A stretch of DNA of 62,523 nt, the filler included, from Platydemus manokwari (lineage: Eukaryota): the NCBI GenBank assembly GCA_037951405.1. It is 6 parts of 6 records of this genome, joined end to end, with 100 filler letters (N's around TTAATTAATTAA, not from the genome) between each part and the next. Parts side by side here need not be neighbours in the genome. Positions count along the whole stretch, not along the records: positions 21,914 to 32,755 come from JBBMOY011101443.1; positions 32,856 to 42,613 come from JBBMOY011208876.1; 4 more parts are not named here. One strand, 5' to 3'. The translations under genes and the position numbers were made by a program. The notes beneath the pieces are model-generated. The model saw only the letters and a program-made list of their open reading frames with translations. It was not told the DNA's origin and searched no databases. Of the stretch, positions 25,301-39,218 are shown piece by piece (positions within the stretch are counted from its first letter, which is position 1; every line of letters starts with the position of its first letter).

Positions 25301-28300
25301 TCCTGCCTATTACATATGCTAAATATATTTATTGATTAATAGATTCGTGGAATCAAATACCTAGATTCATTTTAATTTCGGATTGTTTTAATGCTTATGT
25401 TTTCAATAATTGACACATTTGCACAAAATGGATATCAGAGATTTTCTAAAATCAATGGTATATATTGAAAATGATAATATCATACAATAAATTATCTTAA
25501 TATTGTCAGTGGTGCAGAATTGGAATTGAATTATTTTCTTACTGGTCTTGTCGACACGATACAGAGTGGATAGAACTTATTAGTGATTCAGTTTATTACC
25601 GAATACGCAATCGTTACTGCTTATCAGTAATATATAATGCACGGTCTTTTTCGCTTATTATTATTAAAATTGAATTTACCATTGATGTAAATTACCATAT
25701 ATACTAGACAATCTCTTAATTACCATTACCATTTAACTTTTACAACCTATGGTAACAAATTCATCATAAACACATGCTATTCAACGCGGTTATCATATCA
25801 TATATTCTCCGAAATTTATACATCGCTTTATAATGTTGTTTTAATTGCCAACGAAGTTCATTCCTGAGAAAAGAATAATCATAAAAATAAAGACAATGTA
25901 AATAAAAGAAAGAAATATTAAAATCAATAAACACCAGTAAACATAAACAAATAATAAATGCAATGTGAAAGAGTTTATATCATGTTGAAATCAAACCTTT
26001 TCAATAAATTACAAAATATTACAATTGATAACATCAAGTTTACATCTGAATTATCAAAACATTTTATATCGTTTTAATTATAAAAATAGTCACTAGATAT
26101 TATATATTCAGGTCATTTGATAATTACGTAATCCTATTCATTCAACGGTATCGATAAGAATTTGACTCATGGCCATTCCAATTTGTTCAGTGTGACATGT
26201 CAATTGATTATCCGTATCAAATTATATTATCTTCACATAATCTAATCTTGTTTTCGATACATAAAATTATTAAAGAACGAATCTATTTAGATACAAAAAC
26301 TCATTGTGTAAGAAAACCCATAGCACAAACATGAAAGAAACTGTAGCCAACTATTAAAAAGTATCATAAAAAATGTTTACAATTGGAATTTTAGAGATTT
26401 TCTATTCCTTTTGTCACTAATTATACTGTTCAGCATTTTCCAATATTCTCAAAGTAAAAGTAGTTATTTCCAAATAAGAAAACCCATTATGGAATATGAG
26501 CGCTTTCTATCCAACTACTATCAAAATATTATCAACAACTTTGAAGAATATATGGATATGAATTCGACGAGTAATGGGTTATTTATTGGGCTTAACCTCT
26601 TAAGCAACTCGAACGAGACATTCTCGCGAATCAAATGTGTTCCGATTTGCGCTATCCTGAGTACCACTCGCCACTTATAAATATTATGTTAATATTTTTA
26701 TTTGTAGCGATACCTTGTCTCCCGTTTGTATTTCATAGAGCTTAGTGTACATTTATTTTGAACTTTTTTTTAACTTTTAAACTTTCTTTTGGCCTCATTC
26801 TACAGAAAAATCCTCGCATTAAGTGGTTAAATAGAAAATTAAATAACATGTTTTCATGAGAACAAAACAACATTTCATTTGTTTTTATCATTTTAAACCA
26901 TAAAAAATAAACGTTTCTATACCTTATCACAACGAGAACACCAATTCCATAATTTTATCGTCGATGAATCGTTGTCGGAAAATGATGATTTCCATAATTT
27001 ATCGCGTGATTCCACTTCCAATTGATGAAGTGACACTTGAACACATCCACTGCTACTGATGAATTTATAAACATGTTCAAATATCGACCGGTCACATTTA
27101 GATGGACATGAGTTGATATCACTTTATGACATGAGATCGGATCAATCACATCACAACATACAGACAGAAATTACTTGAGCATCGACGAAACGAAATTACC
27201 AAGAGTTCGATCACTATTTTCATAATAATTCAATGATATTTTTCGTGGCTTTTCACATATGCCCATATGTGTTTGGATTGAATAGAGCAAAAGGATTCGT
27301 TGATAATTTCGAGGATTAAACGAATCAGTGATCGATTCAAATTTCTGAATAGAATGAATGTCATTATTAAAGTAATTATCAAAATCAGAAATTTTCAATG
27401 GCTAGGAATTTAATAATCGAAAATTTTATTTCAAAATCCATCAAAACAAATCACGATCGATAATGCATTGAACGAATTACAATGGATTTACTTTTTTATT
27501 GGCAATTCGCCATTTTGTTTCTTGTGATTTTGTTAAAAATCCGGCTTGATAAGCCAAGTCCGACGAATCGAAATTGACAGTGGATATACTAACAGATCCA
27601 AAATCCTTATTAACAGGATGAAATCTGCTACCGTTTCTACGAAAATCCGAATAAACAATACAACTTTCTTTGTTGTCCATTTTCTTATTTTCAAAAGTGT
27701 TTGTAAAAACATGGAGTTCGGGATTGCACATCAAAGGATGTTTAGTAGTATTCATTCGAACCATATCATAGATTTCAGCCCAAATGTGCTAAAGTTATTT
27801 ATTATACACAGTTCTTTTAAAATTCGATTCCATACTCGTTGTTTGCGTTTTAAAACACAATTTAGTCGCTCTTTCCACGAAAGATTGATTATATCGAGGA
27901 AAAGCAATCGCTGTTGCAATTCTGGATTACAAATACTCCTGACAACCGCACAAGGTGGATTGTATTGGACATTAACAGACATAGCAATGCAACGAGTCTC
28001 AATTATGTCAAGAAATGACTACAATAAATATAATTATAAAATTGGATTATGTATCAAAACAGATGGTTTAGTTAATAGTTATATTTATCTAACTTGACTA
28101 GTCAATCAGATGATTTGGAAATGTAGATTAGCAGATTATAGCATTAGTAAAAAAATAATTTTTCAGGTTACCTACCTCAAGGTGATGGAAACTTTTTATT
28201 ATCACACTAACATATCATAACCCACTAGTATATTATAAAGCACGCGTTATTTTTCATATCATTACCTTAATTCTTAATCACCATTATTGTTATTTTTCAT

Positions 28301-31300
28301 AACAGTTATTGACAATATTGTATCATGACAATTATTATTGCGATTATTATTATTATTAAAATTATTTTGTCATTATTATATTATCAGTGTATTTATAACT
28401 ATTATTAAATGGTGTTTAATAAAATTTTATCAGAAATTCATGGGTAAATGACCAACCGATTCAGTTTGAGAAGTATACAAATTTATTGATCTATCATTGG
28501 TTCTATTGAGGGTGACATGATTGGAATTATTGCTCGACGGAAATAGCTTAATTTGAAAATTCATCAAACAAGCTAATTCCAGATGTGCATTTTTAAATGC
28601 GAGAAGAATAAATTTAATCACATATTTCACTCGGACCAGTTCACTGAAAGATTTCCCATGCAGCAGAAGAGTACAGCCGTCTTGTGGTTTGAACAATTTG
28701 AAAAATATTATATGCTTACTTTTACCTAAAAACATATCTTTAATTAAAAAGTCATTTCAACGATAATAACTCATTTTTAATTATCTTAAAGAGAGAAATA
28801 TCTAACTTTTTTATAAAAATAATTTAGATTATTTCGTACTACTCACAATTTATCAATGTCAAATATTCACATTTAAATCAGTAATTATTCTTTGTGAAAT
28901 ATGGTGATATTATTGAACTAATGATTTAATTACAGCATATGTCCGCAAAGTTGTGAAAGGTAAATAATAGTGAAATTATGTGGAATGCCCCTGGATTTGA
29001 ATCTATTATTATTAAGTGATTGAATCGATATTCGATTTGACAGTATTGAGTAGAAATTATTACAAAACTAGTCTGTATGTGGTAGACTACCTGTTGGAAT
29101 TTGAACACTGTAAGCAATCATAAAAACTTATGATGAAAATATTTTCACTCAAAATAAATCACGTTTTATGTTATTATCTTCAAACAAACATACGGTTCAC
29201 CTCAGAATAATTCATAAATGATCATCAGTTTTATTTTATTCCTCAATCTCCCTAGTTTATCTGATCAGTCTTTATTACCATCTTTATAAATATTTGATTA
29301 TTATCAATCATCGAGGTATTATTTCAAAATGAATTGCTTCCACACGGGATGAAACTTCTCACGTTATAAAATAGATAAATGGTTTATAATGTGATTGGTC
29401 GACTGTGAAAAATTTGACATCAGAAATTGTTATTACAGCATAAATAATTTTCAGTATTTTTAGTTTAAATAAAGCCATTATGTGCAGATAAAACAATAGA
29501 ACAATATAAAGAGGATATAAATAAATCCATATAAATCTATCAACCGTTTGTTAACGTATATTTCTGTACCGAAAATTGACTACATCTTCCGATCTGTGAT
29601 TGGACATTTGCTCCGAGAGAATCAACTGAATCAAAAATTGTCGCTCCAAGCATTCTTGATAATCTTTCAATTTGATCCTATTATTTATTTCATATCAAAG
29701 TAAAAAGTGCAATCAAAAATATCAAATTACCTTTCTAACATTTGATACTAGAATAAGTCCAAATTTTTGCATCATATCTTTGGCAAGCAGCGACACCGAT
29801 CCTTCGACGACTACAATATCTGGTCCCAAGGTTTTTATTTTTATTACACAATTTTTCAGGTATTCCTCTTCCTTAAATATAAATTATTATTCTTGTGAAT
29901 AAATTTATTTCCATCACTTTACTAATTCTAATATAGTATTACGTAAATTTATCATAAACAAATTAACGAATACGCTAATTTTCTCGGGTACTCGGTATTA
30001 TGTAGATCATTAAATAACGAATTTATCTCCCTTTAATTACCAAATATATTATTAAATTAAAAGGTTAGTAAAATAATCAAAATCTTATTATTATAAATCA
30101 TTTTTATATTTCTACATCTCCACACAGTAAATACTTGTTCAGTTGCAATTTTCTTACCTGCAACAATAGAGGTTCAAGTGATACAAGTTTTCTATGACGC
30201 CAATAATCAATTGATGAACGAATAAGAATGACGTTTGGATTCTTGATATCTTTATTCATTGGAAAATCGACATTTTTCGACATAACTATGGAATAAACAA
30301 CTCGACAATCATTTTTCGCAGAGTTCGGAATCTAGAAAACATCGTCTATTAAATGATGAGAACTACAGAGAATTCTATCATATAACTTTATCGAAGATAT
30401 TATAAAAAATATTAATAAATGGCTCATTAATTTGATAAATTCATCCTCCAAAATACTTGTAAATGTTAAATCATATAAAATTCCATTCTTTCATTATAGC
30501 TTTATATATTATCGAAATTGTTTTTGAATGGGGATAGCTCTGATATTAGAGCAATTCATATAATCCCGGAGTTTATAATCTTAATATTTTCAAAGCCAAG
30601 GAAAAGCTTAAATTGTAAAGAAAATGTTGTAACATCAACATTACTAAGATCATAAAGGTGCCAAACATATCTTTTATAATTCGATTACAGATTAAATCGA
30701 TCATTACGCAATTGTCTTGAAAATTATATTAAAATGACACTACTTTAAATCAAATATCTCTGAAACTTTTAGCAATATCAGATTTAATATGTGAAGCAGC
30801 TGATTTCATTTATTCATCTCTATTAGAAATATATTTTATGATATTCAATGTTGATGTTGTCATGTTATGAGAATCTATTTATGATATCGATACGTGTAGC
30901 GAAGTTCCCAATATTTTTGAAGACACAGCTAGATATTTAATTTGAACAAAGATAAAAATGTATTAACAATTTCTTTAAAATATTTCATTTTGATATTATG
31001 ATTCTTTGGCAATGCAACCAATTCAACTTATAGCTAACAGTATTAAATATTCTGCTATGATCGAGATAATTCTCACGGGATTTCTATCCAGTAAAAGAGT
31101 AGATATATCTAAAATATTATTTTCTTATATTCTATGTCTTCAAAATGACAATTTTTTCTGAAATACGATTTCTGCAAAAAAATTTCTTCACAAATAAGGA
31201 TAATTACCGTCAGAATATTTACATTGTTATATTTAAGGAAAACCATAGTGTCTCAACAGTCTATCCATGTCATGTTTTCTTAAATTAGAATGACGCGAAT

Positions 31301-31876
31301 TTATAAACATTGATATAAACCCGTTAGTATAAATCTTTTAAAAATGGGAAACATTTGAGTGTTTTTTAAAAGTAAAAAATTCGAAACATCAAGATATTTG
31401 ACAAAACAGTCTCAGAAAAGGATGCTTAGTTATAACAATCAAAAAAAATTTCTTATTTTCAAGCACTAGTGTTATTAAGCTTCGAGAGAACAATAATAAA
31501 TAATTATAGATAAACATATCTCCTATAAAATATGGCAAAATATAAATAGAATATTGTACAGAAAACACTGAAAAAATGAAAAGAAAATGGTAGATATTAT
31601 ATAAAAATAAATTTCAGAATGGAAAATTTAATGAAATAAATTCTTAATTAACCGATAATTACTATATATATATATGTATAGCTTTAACAAATTACCTTTT
31701 TTATCTGAATAAAATTTCTAATATCATTGATAATTTTATCTCCATTGTTGTGGGGAATGATTTTTTCAGTGACAACCTTACAGATTGGTAAAATGATATG
31801 GCACCAAGAAACATCAAGATTGTAATCATGTAATTCTTGCTTGAGAAATCTTTCCAAATATTTGCAGCTTCTATTC
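22353..31876 (-). CDS. PIKFYVE: PIKfyve/FAB1 phosphatidylinositol-3-phosphate 5-kinase, central part (CCT/Cpn60-like and CCR domains); both ends unresolved or off-contig
   Basis: GT-AG exons: 31876-31696 (WCHIILP...DIRNFIQIKK), 30331-30158 (IPNS...SKNV...IKNPNVIL...EPLLLQ), 29871-29731 (EEEYLKN...PDIVVVEGSVS), 29677-29545, 28725-~28455 (GCTLLLHG...ELVRVK), 28018-27836, 27788-27492 (YSDFRRNG), 27401-27175 (FNPRNYQRI...YYENSDRTLGNF), 27121-26923, 25207-25023 (TWNLSLGRF...CFHSL), 24589-24452 (YVPIKV), 23881-23791, and further exons to ~22370. The order is colinear with PIKfyve. Confidence 0.9.
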
Positions 31877-32755
31877 CTGTAAAGAGATCGATTTAACAAA
31901 AACCATAAAGTACCAACATGATTATTGAACTAACCAAGATTAACTAGAGTGAAATATAAATATAATAAGTGAAACAATAAATGTCTGTAGCATTTATTTT
32001 TCAAAAAAGAAATCAAATGTGTTCATATTGTTAGCCTTTATAGTATTTAATGTAATGACTGAGAAAGAGTTTCATCTCGTATTAAAATTATTTAAATGAT
32101 TAACTTCGCAAGGAGCAATTTTGTGAATGTGAAATGATTGGATTATTAGTTAGGAACAAAGAGCATCTGTTATCAAATACCCAAATACATAGCCTTTGAA
32201 CCAATATCTTAAATACGACTACTAAATTATTGGCTTGATTAATTGAAAATTCTAAAATTATTGATAAAACATCATTGGCTTTAAATAACATATATTATTA
32301 AAAATTAGATTGCTGAATATCATATAATAGAAGCAATTAATAATAGACTTCAGTTTTATATACACTACATACCTTTATAATTGATAATCATTTAATTTCG
32401 TAAGTCAATTAAATGATGCGCGATTTAGATAATCTTAATTTAGGTAAGTCTTATGTTGATATTTAATCCAGAAGCAATTAAAACCAATACACACGGTTCA
32501 ATTGAAAATAAAGGTGAAATGTATCGAAATAACCACCGAAAATAAATTATAAATAGTGGTTTCATGGTTCTATCTGATACTACTGAGTGAAAATGATTGC
32601 GAAATTTATTTATTAGTAAATTATTTGTTTCAAAAGTGGTTCAATCAATAAATTCAAATAATTTTTACACTATAAAGGTGATATATTAGGTGTATAACCT
32701 TAAAATTTCGGTTTTTTTTGAAAAATATTTATTTATTTAAAGTACATTTTGCATA

Positions 32756-32855
32756 NNNNNNNNNNNNNNNNNNNNNNNNNNNNNNNNNNNNNNNNNNNNT
32801 TAATTAATTAANNNNNNNNNNNNNNNNNNNNNNNNNNNNNNNNNNNNNNNNNNNN
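32756..32855. other. Artificial contig spacer
   Basis: N44-TTAATTAATTAA-N44. Confidence 0.98.
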
Positions 32856-33779
32856 TCATTGAGAGCTATTAGACTCCAAGATGAGACAATATGTGAGGTC
32901 AAAATATTTTTGGTTTTTAAAACGAGATCAGTTTTATAAGAAATCTATTAGTTTGGGATAACTTTGGTAAATAAAATTTTGTTAAATAAAGCAAGAAAAA
33001 AGATGTGTTGGGGATCTATAGTTATCTAATCATCATATATCATTACGAGGATCTGAATTGTTTAGACATTTTAAGCGACGTGAAATTTCTCCCAATGTGA
33101 TAGGTTTATTATTAGAATTGTGTTGAGATCAGGGGGAAATCTGATAAAAGTTTGTTTAAATTGGCGGCCGTGGTTCTGAAAGAGTAATTTAGAGTAATTC
33201 GTAAAGTTCTCAAAGGTCAATAAATAAGGACGGAAATTTGGTAGTATCGACTATATATAGATTCCAATGCTGATTAATCTAATGATTTGAGCGAAACGTG
33301 ACTTTCCGAGAGACGGAAAGAACTGTTACAGTGTTTTGTAATCATGTTTAAGGATGTGTGTTATGTGTTCATGTGGGCATTTTCTGGATTATCAGAATCA
33401 ATGGATTGTTTGGAAATAATCATAAGATCAAGTGTCTAAATGTGATAATTGTTTTGAAAGTTTGGTGTTTGCTGTGTGTCAAGGAAGATTTGTGCATTTA
33501 AATCAAAGATACTCTCGGTTGGTGAATCATTTCAATGTGTATAGGAAATGAAAGAATTCTATTATTAATTTGTTATTATTGATGATCAATAAAGGATTTC
33601 GCTGGTTTTACTGAAGAAAAAGATAAAATTTGTGTGAAACGATTTTATTTTATTGCAGATACGATTAATCTGATAATTTAGATAATTTTTCGTAGTAACC
33701 TCAAATTTTTGCGTTTAATTTAATTCACTTAGCTAGAACAAATACTCTAGTATAGTTAGATCATCGAGGATGCTGAGAA

Positions 33780-34600
33780 ATAATTTCAAAACACCAAAGA
33801 TTTCGAGAAATTTAATCCAATGGAACTATACTGTTGAGAGATGACCCCAAACAACTATGTCAAGAATTCAGCAGTTTTAAAGAGGCTGTTTAAAGTAAAG
33901 AAAATAAAAATGATTTTTGGAAACATTTTCACATGCAAAAACATTGTGTGACAAGTTTGAGGATTTGGCAACAATACAGCAAACACCAGAAGAAACATAT
34001 TGTCGATTAAATTCAAAAAAATCACTTCGGGCCAAATATGTCACGAAGCACTGAACATGAAATACCGGATTGTGATATTTGAGCTAAACGGATGGTATAC
34101 GCTGGACGGACTAAAGAAACTATGATTCAAATGGAAGAGTTTGGTCTGCTGTAACAGATTGTTGTTGATGTTGCACACTTTCAGAAATTTATGACGACAG
34201 GATGAAACATATATTTCGAAGGCCTTCATTGATAAATGTATCTATAGGTATGGTGCCTCAAGATCATAGCGCACTGATCATAATATAGCCTTTGAAGGAA
34301 GGAAGATGAAAAAATTAGTGATAAGTTTTGGAATAAAAGAAGAATTCACTTTGCTATACCAACATCAATCAGAGACATGGCATCGGAGAAACCGACTTGG
34401 GAATAATTAATATAGAAGATAGAAATCATCATTACTTCAACATATCAAAGTTTAATTCAACATTCTGCTTTTGAAATATTGACTGGACAAAGAATTTCTA
34501 TGCATGGGTTACGAGTAAATGAATCAAGTCATCACGACGAGATAATCAGGGTTCACTGGGTATTAGATTTAATACAATATGGATAAGAATAAATTAGAAA
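33780..34600 (+). mobile_element. Decayed Gypsy integrase fragment
   Basis: IYRYGASRS*RTDHNIAFEG (~34240-34300) resembles the RxGxP...SDQG..F integrase core, followed by a FT..YQHQS motif. Heavily disrupted. Confidence 0.55.
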
Positions 34601-35511
34601 TTGTTTGTAAATTTATTTGTCCGATACTGAGCTCTAAATCATTTTTATGAAGAATATTTAGTAGATAAACCTCACTCCTAAAGGTTTCTGTGTATTATGA
34701 ATAAAATGATAAAAAAGTTGTTAAAATGTTTCATGATTGTGAGAAATGTGAAAGCTAAATAAAAGTTTCATTTGAATTGCGTAATTGAAGTAAAATGTTC
34801 AGGTCATATCCAACTTAAATGTTGAATTATTTGACAATAGACTAAGAGCCTTACATAACTCCATACATTTCCAATGTTAATCATATATTTCAATTTTTAC
34901 TTTAAAACCTAATAAAAGTAAGTATAGATCTGTTGGATTTCGCTAAGAAACGCAGTCCGTTAAAAGAATTTTTCGATAGCTATTCCACACTATTTTCAGT
35001 GTCCTCCCACAAACACTTATAGGAGTGAAAGAAATTTTAAAAACAGTGTTTTGCTCAAATTTAATTAAACACCTCGAAATCTGGAATTATGGAGAATTAT
35101 TACTATAAGTAATTCAATCAAGGCACGTGAAAATCGGTTCAGAGGAGATTGAAAGTTGAGCGACTTCAACAGAAACTTTGGCCAAAGCTTGTTGAGAATT
35201 CTATAGATATCAAATCAGGAAACTCATACTTTTTCCATGAATAAAATATATTTACTGTTTTTTATAAAATAATCAATTTCAAGTAGAATAATAAAGTAGA
35301 AGAAATTGAATTTATAAAACAATCAATACTTTACTAAAAATATTTCAAACGATTATGAAATTGATATTCGGGATATTTACAACAATAAAATATTTGTTGC
35401 CTATCTACACAATATATGGAGTAAATTCGTCATTTCGACAGTAATATAGGCGAAAAATACACACAAGAAAAATTTGAACGATAAAAATAACGAAAGCAAC
35501 ACATATTTAAA

Positions 35512-35889
35512 TTAAAATGAATGATCGCAATTGATTATTGAGATCATTTTTAACTGCAGCTGAAACGACTTTGTATGAGCACGGGGGTATTTGTTTTCGA
35601 TAATGTTTGATTGATATTCCAAAATTAAGATCTCCTGACATAATGTTTCGAAAACAAAAATACGTTTTATTTCGCTGCAACACAACACTTTATTATGGAC
35701 ATGGTTCATTGATTTCACATTTGAATTTGCCAGCAAAATATGAACTTTGAAGTCGTCTTGACAAGTAAAATTCAAAATCAGATAGTTTTTAAGTCGAATA
35801 AAAGACATTGTATAATTCACATTTGTTTCTTGTATTGATTGGCAGGAATTCGTTACGAACAAAAGCAAGGAAATTAAAATTTTTATCAT
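35512..35889 (-). CDS. Small, probably secreted Cys-containing protein (orphan), 125 aa
   Basis: ATG-initiated 378-nt ORF in very AT-rich DNA; signal peptide MIKILISLLLFVTNSCQS; six Cys; NYT and NFT sequons. Confidence 0.55.
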   Translation of the reverse strand: MIKILISLLLFVTNSCQSIQETNVNYTMSFIRLKNYLILNFTCQDDFKVHILLANSNVKSMNHVHNKVLCCSEIKRIFVFETLCQEILILEYQSNIIENKYPRAHTKSFQLQLKMISIINCDHSF

Positions 35890-38849
35890 TTTAATTATAT
35901 CTAAGTGATACAGTTAAACAAGCACCATTTATGACAAAGGCTATTTCTCAAACTAAATTGTGATTGTTACTCGAACGTATTTATACTAAAATATGTTATA
36001 TACTTTAATATTCTAGAGATCGTAAAAGATATTGATGATTTTATGATTATACCCCTCCCCAAATTAAGGGGAATTCGGATTTACAATATAATATAATAAT
36101 AGTGGCGATGTAAGTCAAAATTTTAAATAATATATTGAAATAATATATAGATAATTAGACAATGCAAATCAATAAAATATATTCAATAAATTATAAAATG
36201 ATTTATTTCAAATAACTAAGAGTGATATGATAAATTATTGTATCCTACAGACCATATAGTATTCAAGTACTCCTGCCACTGATCAAAATGGGGGGACAAG
36301 TCGAGAAGTAAGTCAAATTATAAAATTACTCGTCATAATTGCTAAGATGATTACTGGATAATTGGAAGGTTATTGATGTCTTGTAAGAATGATACTATAG
36401 AAACAGTTATTCTTCAAGTAATCGATTCAATTTCAATGCACTTATTAGCATAACTTAAATTGAGATTGAAAAAGTGCAATCTAATATCATAAATGATTGT
36501 GCACAATATCAGTCGCGAAAAAAATTTGGAGTTGACTGACTGCATAGTTATTTTTATATCATCTTCTCAAATTGAGACATATGGCATCATGCTCATCTGC
36601 TTGTTGGGTGTAATTGAATGTCGACAGGTATTGTTGTTTCTGTATTAAATCCACCATTGAATCGATGTATAGAAATATTCTGCATGAAATAATATTTAAA
36701 TAATTTTGGATATTTTTGTTGTAAAAATTCTGGAAAGCTCTGCGATTGACATAAGTTAAATGCAATATAAATTAGATCCAAAATAATATTATATTACCCA
36801 CTGAATGTATGCCTTAAAATATTACAATCTAAAAGCTCTTTAAAAATTCCCCTTAAAATAAAAAATACCCATAAAGTAATAATAATAAATAACCCCGATA
36901 TATACATCTATCACCAATTATCGTGCACTGTAGATAAAATATTTACCTAGAATAAAATAAATAGCTATACATTAAAAGGGATCCAGTCTTTGTATATGCC
37001 CAGTACTCGTACTGGAAGAACATCAATTCCATAGAAAGATAAAATAAGATTCAATAAATATAAAATCATCTATAATTTATAAACAGCCGCATATTCTTCC
37101 TATTTATAGAGTTAATCCCGGCTATCTTGATCAATCGGTTTTACTCCTCTTGGGAGAATTATAACTTGAGCTTCTTTCAGAATTGTGGTACAATGCTTGT
37201 CGTTTATGTGTATAAAAGTAGTTGTAAAACCTAATTTTTATTAAGTGTATACAAGTAGTAATTTATAAACTTATTGTTATCGGTTGTATGATCGTAGTAA
37301 TTTATATTAATAAACGTGCATTTATCAAGGAATTTAGTTTTGATATTAAACCGGCAACTGCCATTATGGTCCACAATTATTTCTGTAAATAATATCATCA
37401 TCGAAATCACCTCACCACCTTTTTAGCAAGATATATTTAAAGTAGTTAAAGGTTAAAAATAATGTAAATCATTATAGCAATATCTAGAGCCTTTTATCCC
37501 TTCTTCATGCGTAGATTGAAATTGATCGAGGCGGAAGAACATTAAAATATTAGATTTAGTGATTACTTGTAGGTCATACGGACTCAGAAAATTGATTAGA
37601 CTCAGATATTGTCAAAGCTATTAAAAATTCAAACTTTGAATTTGAAATGAAAAGAAACCATAGACCCCCAAAATCATCTCAATAGATACCCCGGAACAAG
37701 ATGAAGTCAATTAAAATGAGTCGACTATTTGTATATATTTTGACATTGTGCATAATAAAGATTTTAATTAAGTAGAATTAATGAAATGCATTATTTCTTA
37801 GGATAAACCCTATCGGCAATAATTTGACAGCTCCTTCTATATTTTATCAATACATCACAATACACCATCCTCGAGATTCAAATAAGAAGTCACTTTTATA
37901 AGAACAATAACATATTTATTATTACATCAATTTTCAAACAAGTTTTTAAAATTAAAAATTACCCCATCAGATTTGTCTACATTTTTTTCAAAATATAAAA
38001 ATTCCCACCTTTATATATTATATCTTTTTAGCAAAAATTTCAAATTTATTTTAATAATTTTCAAACTGAGAATTTAACAGTATTGTTTAGCAAGACCCTT
38101 GACTTTTATAAATATTAATATGGTCTATTTATTTTTAACAAAATTTTTAAATTGTTTTGATAACATGTATATTTTTAATTATTTATTGCATTTTTAAAAG
38201 ATCATTTTGTTTCTTTTAAAATAAACCTCACAAATACAAAGTTATATGATATACATTATCCTATGAAACAACACAGCAAATCTTCATTCCTTTGGAATAA
38301 TTATATTTCAATAGCAACATTAAAATGAGATATTACAAGTTCAAATAATCACATTCCTTGTTGTCTGTTATTGTGGTGGTTTCACTTTCAAAATAATGAA
38401 CTCTGTTGGGAATAGGAATAAAATAACTGAAATATATAATCATTAATTTATATCTATGTGACTTTCTGTAGAAAACTCACAAAGAATTGCCAATTTGAGT
38501 CGACGATCCATTAAGAGGACTGAAATATTTAAAGAGATTACGATTTTAATTTAATAACTTCGTTATTAAATAAATGAAAACATTCTGTCAATATCTATCA
38601 CCCATATGGTTTTAATCAATATCGTGGATAAATATCTTCATGTATGTCTAAAATAATGTTCAATTTTCAGAGGATCAAATCTCCTAGAATTTGAATATTT
38701 AATCTACTAAAAGAAACTTTAACATTCGACACAATTTATTACAAAGCCACAAGCTAAAAGTTAGTGTGGAATATTTGTTGCTGGATTAACGGAAAGGTAT
38801 AGAATAATTAAGCAATGATTTGTCAGTTTTAAACAGAATAAATTATAAT

Positions 38850-39218
38850 CTTATTCTCATTTCATGGATGCTTTCTGTGTCCGGTTAAGATTGTTATAGA
38901 AACATAATAATTGAAACTTAATCCATTGGCATTATCTAGATAAGTGTTCTTCAAAAGAGGGTTGCGACAAATTTCATTTTCGACACTGACTTATATTAAG
39001 ATTTGGAATTAATACTGAGACCAGATATCATCGAATTAGAGCCAAGACTTGATGTTTTATGCCAGAATATGTAAAATCGTTGTTATTATTAAATATATTT
39101 TCATTTTTTAGTGTTATTACTAATATTTACTTCATTGTTTTTAATTTAGTCCCTAAGGGTCGCGAAAAAATTTAGACTCGTAAAGTGAGTCGAAACACAA
39201 AAAGTGTGAAGACCACTG
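38850..39218 (+). mobile_element. hAT (Charlie/Buster) transposon 3' remnant
   Basis: FSTLTYIK and ELEPRLDVLCQ resemble the transposase C-terminus. The end reads gggtcgcg...aaaagtgtgaagaccactg followed by atctaga, a TCTAGA-type target site. Confidence 0.55.

Noticed and set aside
27546-28097. 183-aa plus-strand ORF
   Set aside because: Antisense shadow of two PIKfyve exons; no recognisable motifs.
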